From a virus (Duplodnaviria; Caudoviricetes): 64,000 nucleotides of DNA. Each line of letters starts with the position of its first letter. The stretch's first letter is position 1. The notes under the pieces are model-generated. The model was given only the letters and a program-made list of their open reading frames with translations, was not told the origin of the DNA and ran no database searches. Below, piece after piece: positions 20,533 to 30,588 of this stretch. The stretch covers positions 1 to 64,000 of the IMG/VR virus record IMGVR_UViG_3300032295_004079; one strand, given 5' to 3'. The translations under genes were made by a program, and so were the position numbers.

Positions 20533-23500
20533 ATGACTGGAAATGTAGTAGGAGAACCGATTGAAGACTTTGTAGATCTACAAATTAGAACTAGACAATC
20601 TGCTCAATTTGGTGGATATGGAACTTCTCTTAGAACTGATGATCAAATCCAATACCTTAATAACAGAAATGCTTGGGTAAAACTAGCTTCTTCTGTTAAT
20701 ATATTAGCTGATGTTATCGTTCCTTCTACTCCTGAAGAATCTGTAGCACAAAGATATGGATTGGAATTTACAGGTACAACAATACCTCTAGGAGAATCTA
20801 AACTTATAAATATAGGCGTAAAAGATACTTCAAATTATTTAGGTACTAAACTTGCAGAAAAAGCAGTACTATTTAATACCGTTTCGCAATACACCCCTGA
20901 TGGTACTTTAAGTAACAATAGAGCGGGTGTTACTAATACCAATGATTTGTGGAATGATAGTTTTATTTATGGTATAGGTGGAACAGAATTTGGCATACAA
21001 TCACCTCCAGGTATTATAGGAATTACTATTGATTCTATTAATAGAGGTTCTATTAGAAAAGCAAATATAACACTCAAGGCCCATAACAAATTTCAATTTG
21101 ATATTATTGAATTACTCTATTTAAGATTAGGGTTTACAATGATGTTAGAATGGGGGTGGGATAAATACCTTGATAATAATGGTGAAATCCAACAAGTTCG
21201 TAATACTATAATTGAAGATGAATGGTTTAAAACTAATGGAACTACTCAACTTCAAATGTTGAAGTCTATTCAGAAAAAAAGAAGAGATTATCAAGGCAAC
21301 TATGATGGGTTTTTTGGTAAGGTATCTAACTTTACTTGGAATTTTAATCCTGATGGCTCATATGACATTTTAATTGATTTAATTACACTTGGGGATGTTA
21401 TTGAATCCTTAAAAGTTAACACCGCAGTTAAAGAAAAATTTTATCCTGATGGAGGTCTTTTTGAAGATATCAAGTTTCCAGAAGATAAAAGTAATACTAA
21501 TATAGCTAAAGTTGCTACTTTAAATACCTTAGGTTATTTTCTTTTTAGTAAAATAAAAGAAATTACAAATAACTTTACTTACAAACGTGATGAAAATGTA
21601 AATACTAATTACCCCAATTATATATCATTTTTTACAACAAATAAGACTTCATATAAAAGTCCCCAATATTATGTAAGACTGGGTGAGTTTTTAACCCAAT
21701 TAGAAGGTTTGATAGTACCTAAAATACAAAATAATAATTCTGATAAATTTTCTCAAATTTCTTTTGAAAAAACAGGGTGTTTGCTTTCATATTTTCCTAA
21801 TCAAATACCTTTAGATCCTAGAGTTTGTATTTTTAAACCTTCTTTAAATTCTTATGGTGATATAAAGGGTATAATTAATCCTTCTTATTTTAACCTTATT
21901 CCAATCCCTTATCTAGTTTCTATTGATGGAAATATATATGGGTCACTTATGGACTTGTATATAAATTTTGAATTTATTGCAGGATTACTAGTAGCAAACG
22001 GAGGCCCAGACCAAGAATTATCTTTGTTTAAATTCTTACAGGATTTATGTAATGGAATAAATACTGCTTTAGGGGGAGTTAATAAATTAGAACCTGTTAT
22101 AAAAGAGGATTATACAATTACTATAATAGACCAAACCCTCTCATCACCTGAGGTTGAAGATACAGTTAGTTTAGAAGTATATGGATACAACCCTTCAGAT
22201 CTTAATAATCCCGTTTCTAACTTTGTAAAAGATGTAAAATTTGTATCTAAAATTACACCCCAATTAGCCTCCATGGTTAGTATTGGGGCTACAGCTACAG
22301 GAGTCTCAACTTCTGAAATAGATGGGACAGCATTTTCAAAATGGAGCGAAGGATTAGTAGATAGATTTACTGAAAAAATATCAGAACCTGCAGGACTTAA
22401 TCTTCTTACAGATAATCAAGAAAATGGGCAAAAATCTGTAGAAGAATACAAAGCAATATTTGAAAGATTTGATTATGCCGATGATACTATTTCATCACTC
22501 AGATCATTCCAGTATGCTTTAGCAAGATTGGGAAGTAATCTTAACCCCGGGGGTCTAAGTACAACAATACTGCGAAATTTAGAAAAAGAAGAAGAAACTA
22601 AAAAAAGAATAGTAAGAAATAACCCTAGATATAAAGATTTAGAAAATAGTGTTATGACCTTTTCTGAATTTTATACCGCAGCTTCCCAAATAGATATAAA
22701 TAAAAGATTACAAGGCATTAGAGGTGAAACTGAAATTAATGAATTAGCTTCTAGTAATTATATTGTATACTTAATTAAAGCTTTTGGGGGTATTTCAAAT
22801 GAAATCAAAGTTGAGTACGCAAATTATGGTACGGAGGGAACAGGTCTTCTTACTGCTATCTTCTTAAGGGTCACTAATACTCCAACTTCTCTAACCTTAC
22901 AAAATTTACAAGTAGACCCCAACCAAAGTCGTTATTTAGAATTTGATGATGTTTTTATCTCCCAAGGTAAATCTGCCTATAAAACTTATATAAATACTTT
23001 AAATAACAATAGATATAAAACAAATAATATCCCTTCTAGTGAAATAGGTTTCATTCCCTTATCTTTTGAACTAGTACTAGATGGAATATCTGGTGTAAAA
23101 ATATACAATAAACTAAAAATTAATAATAAATTTTTACCTTCAAACTACCCTGAATCCTTAAAGTTTATTATAACTAAAGTTAATCATACTATATCAAATA
23201 ATAGTTGGGATACTTCATTATCCACTATATCTATACCTAAAACAGAACCATATCCTAACCAACTTCCTAATACTGTATCATCCCCTAGTGATACAACCCT
23301 AAATGTTACAGGCCCACAACCTGATAATGGATCTCAATTCTTAATTTTAGATAATAGAAACAATCGAGCTATTATGACTGTAGATAGTTTACTATCAGAA
23401 TTAGATCCTATAGCACGTCCTTCATTTAGAAAATTCTTTGGAATTTTAACAGAAAGATATAGTGGTTATAAAGCTATAGTTAATGATGTTAGACGTACAT

Positions 23501-23919
23501 GGGAAAAATCCTACAATCTTAAATACACCCCTGGTACTCCAAGTTATAATCCAACTAACGCTGAACCAGGAAGATCCCGACATAGTTATGGGTTAGCTAT
23601 TGATATAAACATTGAAACTCCTGCTAGTACTACTAGAAGAACATTATTAAAAAGTAATAAAACTCCATGGATAGAAGAAGGTATAGATAAAGTAGCAACA
23701 GATGCAGGTTTAACATGGGGAGGAAATTTTACAGGCTATGTTGATGCTGTTCATTTTGAATTCAATTACAATACTTCTACAGCCTATGCTCAAGTATTGG
23801 CTCAAGCCAAAGCCATAGATCCAACTATTGTCCCTCCATTTACACCATTTGCAAATGGATTAGTAAAATGTAGAAAAATAGATAACTTAATTAAACAAGG
23901 TAAAATAAAATTAGCATAA
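20533..23919 (+). CDS. Baseplate hub-like protein with C-terminal M15 zinc peptidase
   Basis: C-terminal SRHSYGLAID and WGG.F...DAVHFE motifs. LEWGW and YDGFFG.V.NF in the N-terminal hub-like part. Confidence 0.7.
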   Translation: MTGNVVGEPIEDFVDLQIRTRQSAQFGGYGTSLRTDDQIQYLNNRNAWVKLASSVNILADVIVPSTPEESVAQRYGLEFTGTTIPLGESKLINIGVKDTSNYLGTKLAEKAVLFNTVSQYTPDGTLSNNRAGVTNTNDLWNDSFIYGIGGTEFGIQSPPGIIGITIDSINRGSIRKANITLKAHNKFQFDIIELLYLRLGFTMMLEWGWDKYLDNNGEIQQVRNTIIEDEWFKTNGTTQLQMLKSIQKKRRDYQGNYDGFFGKVSNFTWNFNPDGSYDILIDLITLGDVIESLKVNTAVKEKFYPDGGLFEDIKFPEDKSNTNIAKVATLNTLGYFLFSKIKEITNNFTYKRDENVNTNYPNYISFFTTNKTSYKSPQYYVRLGEFLTQLEGLIVPKIQNNNSDKFSQISFEKTGCLLSYFPNQIPLDPRVCIFKPSLNSYGDIKGIINPSYFNLIPIPYLVSIDGNIYGSLMDLYINFEFIAGLLVANGGPDQELSLFKFLQDLCNGINTALGGVNKLEPVIKEDYTITIIDQTLSSPEVEDTVSLEVYGYNPSDLNNPVSNFVKDVKFVSKITPQLASMVSIGATATGVSTSEIDGTAFSKWSEGLVDRFTEKISEPAGLNLLTDNQENGQKSVEEYKAIFERFDYADDTISSLRSFQYALARLGSNLNPGGLSTTILRNLEKEEETKKRIVRNNPRYKDLENSVMTFSEFYTAASQIDINKRLQGIRGETEINELASSNYIVYLIKAFGGISNEIKVEYANYGTEGTGLLTAIFLRVTNTPTSLTLQNLQVDPNQSRYLEFDDVFISQGKSAYKTYINTLNNNRYKTNNIPSSEIGFIPLSFELVLDGISGVKIYNKLKINNKFLPSNYPESLKFIITKVNHTISNNSWDTSLSTISIPKTEPYPNQLPNTVSSPSDTTLNVTGPQPDNGSQFLILDNRNNRAIMTVDSLLSELDPIARPSFRKFFGILTERYSGYKAIVNDVRRTWEKSYNLKYTPGTPSYNPTNAEPGRSRHSYGLAIDINIETPASTTRRTLLKSNKTPWIEEGIDKVATDAGLTWGGNFTGYVDAVHFEFNYNTSTAYAQVLAQAKAIDPTIVPPFTPFANGLVKCRKIDNLIKQGKIKLA

Positions 23920-24536
23920 TGTATTACCCTAAATCACAAGTTAAAACTAATTTATACACTAACGGGGGAGATTTTATTTTATTAAATAATTCTACCCCAT
24001 ATAAAGGATATTACTATACAACCTCTAACGGTAGATATTTTACAGGTAAAACCCCAAATGAATCCCCTTCATTTGAGATAGTTAAAATTAATCAAAACGA
24101 ACCCACTACAAATTTACCCCCAAGTTTACAAATTGAAGATATTCCTTTAGATAATTTATATATAATAGAGAACGGGTATGCTAATTCTACACGTTTAAAT
24201 TTTAATCAAATACCCCCATCTCCACCAAAACAATCCTATCCTGTTGTAACCGACAACGATTATAAACTAGGAGAATTTCAAAGATATTTTGTTAAAAAAG
24301 GCAACGAAACTAAATTCCTAGAAATATCTTTAGAAGATTATAGAAAATATATAAGCCGAGATAAAGATGTAATGTTTGAGCTCTACACCCCAATCCAAAT
24401 AAATTGGATATTAACAGGGGAAGAAAAACAAGTTTATCAAGTAAACCAAAGCATAGTAGCTAGAGCCGAACGCGAACAAAACCTACCAGGATTTACACAA
24501 TATTTTAGAGGTAAATTTACTCAATTTTACAAGTAA
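23919..24536 (+). CDS. Hypothetical baseplate-region protein
   Basis: Translationally coupled (TAATG). Tyr-rich. Confidence 0.55.
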   Translation: MYYPKSQVKTNLYTNGGDFILLNNSTPYKGYYYTTSNGRYFTGKTPNESPSFEIVKINQNEPTTNLPPSLQIEDIPLDNLYIIENGYANSTRLNFNQIPPSPPKQSYPVVTDNDYKLGEFQRYFVKKGNETKFLEISLEDYRKYISRDKDVMFELYTPIQINWILTGEEKQVYQVNQSIVARAEREQNLPGFTQYFRGKFTQFYK

Positions 24537-25093
24537 TGGAAGATATAAGAAAACTAATTGATGGGTTAAGAAACTTTAATGAAAATATTAATGTTAAAGA
24601 TGGTGTTGATTCTTTATTTAAAGAATATCCTGAACTAGCAGATATTGGAACACAAGAACAATATTCTCAATATTTAGATACAATCTTTCCAAACAGTAAA
24701 GTAAAGGATATTGTCTACCATGCAAGTCCAAATAAATTTACAAAATTTAAAGATCCTTCAAGTTCGGGATTAAGCCATATTTGGTTTTCCGAAAAACCAC
24801 TAAGTAGTCAATTTGGATCAAATACTTACTATGTACTTGTAAATCTACAAAACCCATTAATCCAATCTAATCCCGATTACGATAAAGAACTTAGATCCTT
24901 TGAATCCCCAACCAACCCAGACTGGATAAACAATTACCATAAAACTGGAGAACTACCAAAATTTAAATACGACGGTACTATACGTTCTTCAAGCGTAGAT
25001 AAAGGCAAAAGTATAACAATTAGAAACCCAGAACAAGCTCATATATTGGGTTCCAAAGAAGATATTGAGGGATTTACTCAATTTGTAAAATAA
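24536..25093 (+). CDS. Hypothetical protein with possible ADP-ribosyltransferase-like domain
   Basis: VYHAS..KF..F...IWFS...FG..Y.V.VNLQNP...YDG resembles phage polyvalent-protein ART domains. Confidence 0.4.
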   Translation: MEDIRKLIDGLRNFNENINVKDGVDSLFKEYPELADIGTQEQYSQYLDTIFPNSKVKDIVYHASPNKFTKFKDPSSSGLSHIWFSEKPLSSQFGSNTYYVLVNLQNPLIQSNPDYDKELRSFESPTNPDWINNYHKTGELPKFKYDGTIRSSSVDKGKSITIRNPEQAHILGSKEDIEGFTQFVK

Positions 25094-25094
25094 C

Positions 25095-25125
25095 TAGGCT
25101 CTATAACGGAGCCTTTTTATATTTA
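25095..25125 (+). terminator. Terminator hairpin overlapping a promoter-like element
   Basis: AGGCTC-tataacg-GAGCCT plus T run, running into TATATTTA (25118). TAG instead of TTG sits 20 nt upstream. Confidence 0.6.
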
Positions 25126-25144
25126 CACAAATAAAGGTTACGCA

Positions 25145-26422
25145 ATGTACTGGCTAATAGAAGATACAGAACAACTTAAAAATTTCTATAATTTAGGATA
25201 CAAGGAAGCATTCATAGAGGTAATACCCTCAAATGATAAAATTCACCCAATTCAAAACACTGTATCTTTGGTGTATATTCGCCCGCTTTTAGCAACTAAA
25301 GGCTTTATGCTAGGGGTGTCCCACAGCGAAACGCTAAACGAAATATCGCAACACATTACCGCAATTCTACAAAAATTTGATGTGTTGTATTGTAGGGATA
25401 AGAAGGAAATATTACATTATTTTCCAATTAAGCATTTGCTTGACATAACACCCCCTCCTCATCCGTATATACGCCCATCTACCACAACACACGATCTATT
25501 TTATAGAAACCACGGCTCAAACATAGATGTAAACAAAATTATCCCTATTGTTAAACACTATGAGGTATGCGAACAAATATATAATGATTTGCTACCAAAC
25601 ATGTGTGAGCCTAAAACACAATATCACAAGTTTTTTAATAATAAAGCAACAGTAGTGTTTAATGCTATTGAACAAAACGGCCTACACATCAATAAACCCG
25701 AATTTGAAAATTATTTTACCAAAACAAATTCGGATTTTGTCTATACACAATACAATTTAAAAACAACAACAACAAGACCATCAAACACATTTGGAGGAAT
25801 TAACTATGCGGCACTTAATAAAGAAAATGGTTGTAGAAAAAGCTTTATACCACGTAACGATAAATTTGTTGAAATTGATATTTCTGCTTACCATCCTAGC
25901 TTGGCTGCTCGTCTCATTGATTATGTTTTTCCCGTTGATGATATTCATGCTCATTTTGCTTCCTTATATAAAGTGGACTACGCAAAGGCAAAAGAACTCA
26001 CATTCAAACAGTTATATGGAGGAGTTTTTGAATCTTACAAAAATATTGATTTCTTTAAGAAAAGCCAGGTATATATTGAGAAAAACTGGGAGCAATTTGA
26101 AAACGAGGGAAGTATAGAGGTGCCAATCTCTGGATATAAAATTGAAAAAAATAATGTGGGGGAGATGAACCCACAAAAATTGTTTAATTATTTGCTACAA
26201 GGATACGAAACAGCTCAGAATATCTTGATATTGTGGGATATGTTGCGTATCTTAATGGGAAAGAATACGAAATTGGTTCTGTACACATATGATTCGTTTT
26301 TGTTGGATTGGGATGAACGGGAACAGAATGAAATGCTAGAAATACAAAATATATTTAAAAAATACAAACTAAACACAAAAGAAAAAACAGGTTATGACTA
26401 CGATTTTGGAAAGAGCAACTAA
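25145..26422 (+). CDS. Short family-A DNA polymerase-like protein
   Basis: TTTTRPS, EIDISAYHP (motif A), AKELTFKQLYG (motif B), NYLLQG and YTYDSF (motif C). Confidence 0.75.
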   Translation: MYWLIEDTEQLKNFYNLGYKEAFIEVIPSNDKIHPIQNTVSLVYIRPLLATKGFMLGVSHSETLNEISQHITAILQKFDVLYCRDKKEILHYFPIKHLLDITPPPHPYIRPSTTTHDLFYRNHGSNIDVNKIIPIVKHYEVCEQIYNDLLPNMCEPKTQYHKFFNNKATVVFNAIEQNGLHINKPEFENYFTKTNSDFVYTQYNLKTTTTRPSNTFGGINYAALNKENGCRKSFIPRNDKFVEIDISAYHPSLAARLIDYVFPVDDIHAHFASLYKVDYAKAKELTFKQLYGGVFESYKNIDFFKKSQVYIEKNWEQFENEGSIEVPISGYKIEKNNVGEMNPQKLFNYLLQGYETAQNILILWDMLRILMGKNTKLVLYTYDSFLLDWDEREQNEMLEIQNIFKKYKLNTKEKTGYDYDFGKSN

Positions 26423-26423
26423 T

Positions 26424-26861
26424 ATGTATAATCCGCAATATGATGTTATCACGGATTTAAATACAATAAAAGATTTGAATAATAAGCTATTTTGTACATT
26501 TACAGACCCAAAAAATCTAGATGTACTAATTGAGGATATAAAAGCAAAATACAGCATTATATATAATAAAATGTTTGTTTTGGAAATTATAGGTAAAGAG
26601 GAGTACGTTATTACCTACAATGTAGAACATGCAAACGTAAGTTATATACCTGAAAATACTATTTTGGTTCATAGAAAGAAGGAATCAAACACACTATATA
26701 CAATTAATGCTTTGAATGAGCTAATTAAAAAATTGAATGGTGGTGTAGTTGATACCAAATTTGCTATTAATTGGAACCACTACAAGAATTGTATCTTGCT
26801 TACTCAGCACAATGAGTTAAACCAACTAAACACAAAAATCTTTAAGATTATAGAAATTTAA
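26424..26861 (+). CDS. Hypothetical phage protein
   Basis: KLFCTF...TYN...VHRKK.SNTLYTINALN. ATG 26424 avoids overlap with the upstream gene. Confidence 0.6.
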   Translation: MYNPQYDVITDLNTIKDLNNKLFCTFTDPKNLDVLIEDIKAKYSIIYNKMFVLEIIGKEEYVITYNVEHANVSYIPENTILVHRKKESNTLYTINALNELIKKLNGGVVDTKFAINWNHYKNCILLTQHNELNQLNTKIFKIIEI

Positions 26862-26864
26862 AAA

Positions 26865-27503
26865 ATGAAAAAATTAATTTTACTTTTAGCGGTAGTATTA
26901 GTTGGTTGCCAACCAGAACCCCAATCAGAAAAAGTATTAAGCATCCAAGTTGGTCAATTTGCATTTTGTGGTGCGTCCGCGGGTGTCCCAACTGGAAAGA
27001 AAATAACTATTCAAGGTAAAGAATTCGATGAGGCATGTGCAATTTGCCCTGTATTAGAAGGACCTGCAATTTACAGTGCAGCAATGTATGGTGAAGGAGG
27101 AACTTATGGTAAATTTAGTGCTAAAGATAATATTACAACACCAGATGGGACCGATAAAACAACATGGTCTTTATTTTGGTATTTCTCCCCTTCAGACACA
27201 ATCCCCCAGTTTAATACCGAAACTAAACAGTGGGAAATGATGGCACCTGTAAATCGCAAATTCATTATTGATATGAGTTCTCCATCTACAAGTGAGAGTG
27301 ATATGTTCCAAATGCCTTGTGAAATTTGGAAAACAGAAAATGGTATTTTACTATCCAAATGCTATGGGCCAATTAATCACATGGCAATCCCATTACGTAA
27401 ACCACATTCAACTGAAAACGGGCAAACATCAGTAACTGCTGCTCCCGAAGGATCTCCATATCCTGTTGGAACACCAATCCCATCAAATACAGTTAAAAAA
27501 TAA
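26865..27503 (+). CDS. Cys-containing lipoprotein of unknown function
   Basis: Signal peptide with LVGC lipobox and five further Cys. Confidence 0.65.
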   Translation: MKKLILLLAVVLVGCQPEPQSEKVLSIQVGQFAFCGASAGVPTGKKITIQGKEFDEACAICPVLEGPAIYSAAMYGEGGTYGKFSAKDNITTPDGTDKTTWSLFWYFSPSDTIPQFNTETKQWEMMAPVNRKFIIDMSSPSTSESDMFQMPCEIWKTENGILLSKCYGPINHMAIPLRKPHSTENGQTSVTAAPEGSPYPVGTPIPSNTVKK

Positions 27504-27507
27504 AAAT

Positions 27508-27533
27508 AAAGCTCTCGAAAGAGAGCTTTTTTT
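27508..27533 (+). terminator. Intrinsic terminator
   Basis: AAAGCTCTC-GAAA-GAGAGCTTT followed by a T run. Confidence 0.85.
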
Positions 27534-27536
27534 GAC

Positions 27537-27567
27537 TTGCTTTCCCCAAATAAAGTTATTATATTTA
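27537..27567 (+). promoter_or_regulatory. Promoter TTG-N20-TATATTTA
   Basis: Exact 20-nt spacer, upstream of the SSB gene. Confidence 0.65.
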
Positions 27568-27594
27568 CAGTTACAAACATAAACAGTTATATCT

Positions 27595-28458
27595 ATGGAT
27601 TTATCACTATTGAAAAAGAAGTTAGATGGTCTTCAACAAAAATCATCACCTAAGGAAAAAACCGATTACTCTAAAATTTATTGGTCCCCTAAGGTAGGAA
27701 AACAACAAATCCGTATTGTTCCTTCTGCTTTCAACAAAGCAAACCCGTTCACGGAACTTAAAATTTATTACGGTATTACAAACAAAGTTATGATTTCTCC
27801 TACAAATTTTGGAGAAAAGGATCCGATTGCTCTATTTGCCGCAAAACTTAGAGGCGAATACAACAAGGAAAATTTCGTATTAGCTAAAAAACTTGATCCT
27901 AAAGCTCGTATTTTTGCTCCCGTAATTGTACGTGGTGAAGAAGATATGGGTGTTAGATTGTGGCAGTTTGGAAAGCAAGTATACGAGGAATTGCTAAGCT
28001 TAGCCATGGATGAAGAAATCGGTGACTATACCGATATTGTAAATGGTAGAGACATTACAGTTGAAACTGTAGGACCTGAGTCAACAGGAACCAAATACAA
28101 TAAATCTTCAGTACGTGTTAAGTTGAAAACCTCCCCATTGAGTGAAAATAAAGCTCAAGTAGAAAGTTGGTTGACCGAACAACCTAACCCAACAGATTCA
28201 TTTAAGAAATATACGTTTGATGAAATGAAGTCTGCTTTGGAAAAATGGTTGTCTCCTGAAGATGAGGCTGAAGAAGGTGATATTATCGATGAGGCTAATG
28301 ATGGCTTTGAAGATGAAGCTCCTGCTCTTAAATTGCCTTGGGAAGAAGAACCAGAAACACAACCTAAAAAGCAAGCTAACTATAGCTTAAATACTGCTAA
28401 AGTAAAACAATCTAAAGGAGATCAATTCAACGCCTTGTTTGAGGAGGATGAAGATTAA
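27595..28458 (+). CDS. Single-stranded DNA-binding protein (gp32-like)
   Basis: W.PK.GKQ.IRIVP, WQFGK and GDYTD..NGRDI motifs with an acidic C-terminal tail. Precedes the recombinase. Confidence 0.75.
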   Translation: MDLSLLKKKLDGLQQKSSPKEKTDYSKIYWSPKVGKQQIRIVPSAFNKANPFTELKIYYGITNKVMISPTNFGEKDPIALFAAKLRGEYNKENFVLAKKLDPKARIFAPVIVRGEEDMGVRLWQFGKQVYEELLSLAMDEEIGDYTDIVNGRDITVETVGPESTGTKYNKSSVRVKLKTSPLSENKAQVESWLTEQPNPTDSFKKYTFDEMKSALEKWLSPEDEAEEGDIIDEANDGFEDEAPALKLPWEEEPETQPKKQANYSLNTAKVKQSKGDQFNALFEEDED

Positions 28459-28463
28459 CATTT

Positions 28464-29543
28464 ATGGCTAAAAAAAGAAACACATCACTTTCCGCGGCAG
28501 TGTCCGCGGAAATTAAATCTAACTTTGATCTAAGTAAATTTAAAACCAAGAAAGGCTTAGATAAAAACGTTAAATTTAAAGATCAACAGTGGATTCCTTT
28601 ATCTCCTGCTTTTCAAGAAGTTAGCTCTATTCCCGGAATTCCTATGGGTCATATTGTTATGCTCCGAGGACATTCAGATACAGGTAAAACAACTGCAATG
28701 ATTGAAGCAGCTGTATCAGCCCAAACCAATGGTATTCTTCCCGTATTCATTATTACAGAAATGAAGTGGAACTGGGACCATGCCGTGCAAATGGGACTAG
28801 ATATTAACATTACTCGAGATCCAGAAACAAAAGAAATTATCGATTATGAAGGTAATTTTATTTACGTTGATCGAGAAACGTTAAATTCTATTGAAGATGT
28901 TGCAGCATTTATTCTAGATTTGTTGGATGAGCAGAAGAAAGGTAATCTACCGTATGATCTGTTGTTTTTGTGGGACAGTATTGGTTCTATTCCTTGCGAT
29001 CTATCAATTCGTTCTAACAAAAATAACAATGAATGGAATGCAGGTGCTATGTCAACTCAATTTGGCAATAACGTAAACCAAAAGATTGTAATGTCTCGTA
29101 AAGAATCATCACCTTATACTAACACACTTGTGGTAGTAAACAAGGTATGGACTTTAAAACCCGAATCACCAATGGGTCAGCCCAAATTGATGAATAAAGG
29201 TGGATATGCAATGTGGTACGATGCAACATTTGTAATTACATTTGGAAACATTATGTCTGCTGGTACTTCTAAAATTAAAGCCATTAAAAATGGTAAAGAA
29301 GTAGAGTTTGCTAAACGTACAAACCTCCAAATTGATAAAAACCACGTTAATGGTGTTACTACCCGAGGTAAAATTGTAATGACTCCACACGGTTTCATTA
29401 TGGATGATGATAAAGCCATCAAGGAATACAAAAACATGTATGCCGAGGAATGGGCTCGCATTTTAGGTGGTGGAGATTTCTCAATCATTGAGGAAAACGA
29501 GGAAGCAAGCGTTGTATCCCAATTCGAACAAGAACCAGAATAA
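28464..29543 (+). CDS. RecA/UvsX-like recombinase
   Basis: GIPMG, GHSDTGKTT (Walker A), WDSIG (Walker B), VNK and KGG.A motifs. Confidence 0.85.
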   Translation: MAKKRNTSLSAAVSAEIKSNFDLSKFKTKKGLDKNVKFKDQQWIPLSPAFQEVSSIPGIPMGHIVMLRGHSDTGKTTAMIEAAVSAQTNGILPVFIITEMKWNWDHAVQMGLDINITRDPETKEIIDYEGNFIYVDRETLNSIEDVAAFILDLLDEQKKGNLPYDLLFLWDSIGSIPCDLSIRSNKNNNEWNAGAMSTQFGNNVNQKIVMSRKESSPYTNTLVVVNKVWTLKPESPMGQPKLMNKGGYAMWYDATFVITFGNIMSAGTSKIKAIKNGKEVEFAKRTNLQIDKNHVNGVTTRGKIVMTPHGFIMDDDKAIKEYKNMYAEEWARILGGGDFSIIEENEEASVVSQFEQEPE

Positions 29544-29544
29544 C

Positions 29545-30588
29545 ATGAAACACAAAGAACTATTTAAACTTCTTGATGATATCAAGGAGGAGGGGAATGA
29601 ATCCTTACCTAAAAGACACGATAGAGTTTTATTGATAGATGGGTTAAATCTATTCTTTAGAAACTTTGCAATGTTAAACATGGTAAACCCCGATGGAGTT
29701 CATGTTGGAGGATTAGGTGGGTTCCTCCGTTCACTAGGTTCTTTAGTTAAACAAATCCAACCCACCGCTGTTTATGTTGTATTCGATGGGGCAGGGTCTT
29801 CTAGCAATAGAAAGAACCTTGTCCCCGAGTACAAATCTGAACGGCATACTCAAAGGGTAACTAACTGGGAAATATTTGATAATTTAGATGATGAGCATGA
29901 TTCTAAAATTGATCAGATTGTACGTTTAATCCAGTATTTAAAGCAATTACCTGTTAAAACCCTAGCTATTGATAAGGTAGAAGCCGATGATATAATTGCG
30001 GTGTTATCCATGGATTTAGTTAAAAAATACAATTCCACAGTATTCATAGTTTCCTCAGATAAGGATTTTATTCAACTAGTAAATGATAAAGTTGTAGTAT
30101 ATCGTCCAATGGAAAAGGAATACTACAGCCCAAAAACAGTAACAGAAAAATTTGATGTACTAGCTGAAAATTTTATTCTGTATAAAACACTACTTGGGGA
30201 TGCTTCTGATAAAGTACAAGGAGTTAAAGGATTGGGTCAAAAAGGTATATTTAAAAAATTCCCTGAGCTAAAAACTCAACCACTTACCTTAGATGATATA
30301 TTTGAAATTTCAACTAGGAAATTTAAAGACCATGTAGTATATTCAAGAATATTACAAGATCAAAGACGATTAGAAACCAATTACAAGATTATGGATTTGT
30401 CAAAACCAATGGTAGATGAACGAGACATAGCTTATATTAACAATATGGTTGAATCTGATCTACCTGAGCTTAATTCTAAGAACTTTACTATAATGTATGA
30501 AGAAGATAAGTTGGGTGGAATGATCAAAAACGTAGATTATTGGTTGAAGGATAATTTCTTACATTTTAAAGGTTACAAAAATAAATGA
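29545..30588 (+). CDS. 5'-3' exonuclease / flap endonuclease
   Basis: LIDGLN, VFDG, YK..R, EADD, SSDKDF and GD.SD...GV.GLG motifs. Confidence 0.9.
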   Translation: MKHKELFKLLDDIKEEGNESLPKRHDRVLLIDGLNLFFRNFAMLNMVNPDGVHVGGLGGFLRSLGSLVKQIQPTAVYVVFDGAGSSSNRKNLVPEYKSERHTQRVTNWEIFDNLDDEHDSKIDQIVRLIQYLKQLPVKTLAIDKVEADDIIAVLSMDLVKKYNSTVFIVSSDKDFIQLVNDKVVVYRPMEKEYYSPKTVTEKFDVLAENFILYKTLLGDASDKVQGVKGLGQKGIFKKFPELKTQPLTLDDIFEISTRKFKDHVVYSRILQDQRRLETNYKIMDLSKPMVDERDIAYINNMVESDLPELNSKNFTIMYEEDKLGGMIKNVDYWLKDNFLHFKGYKNK

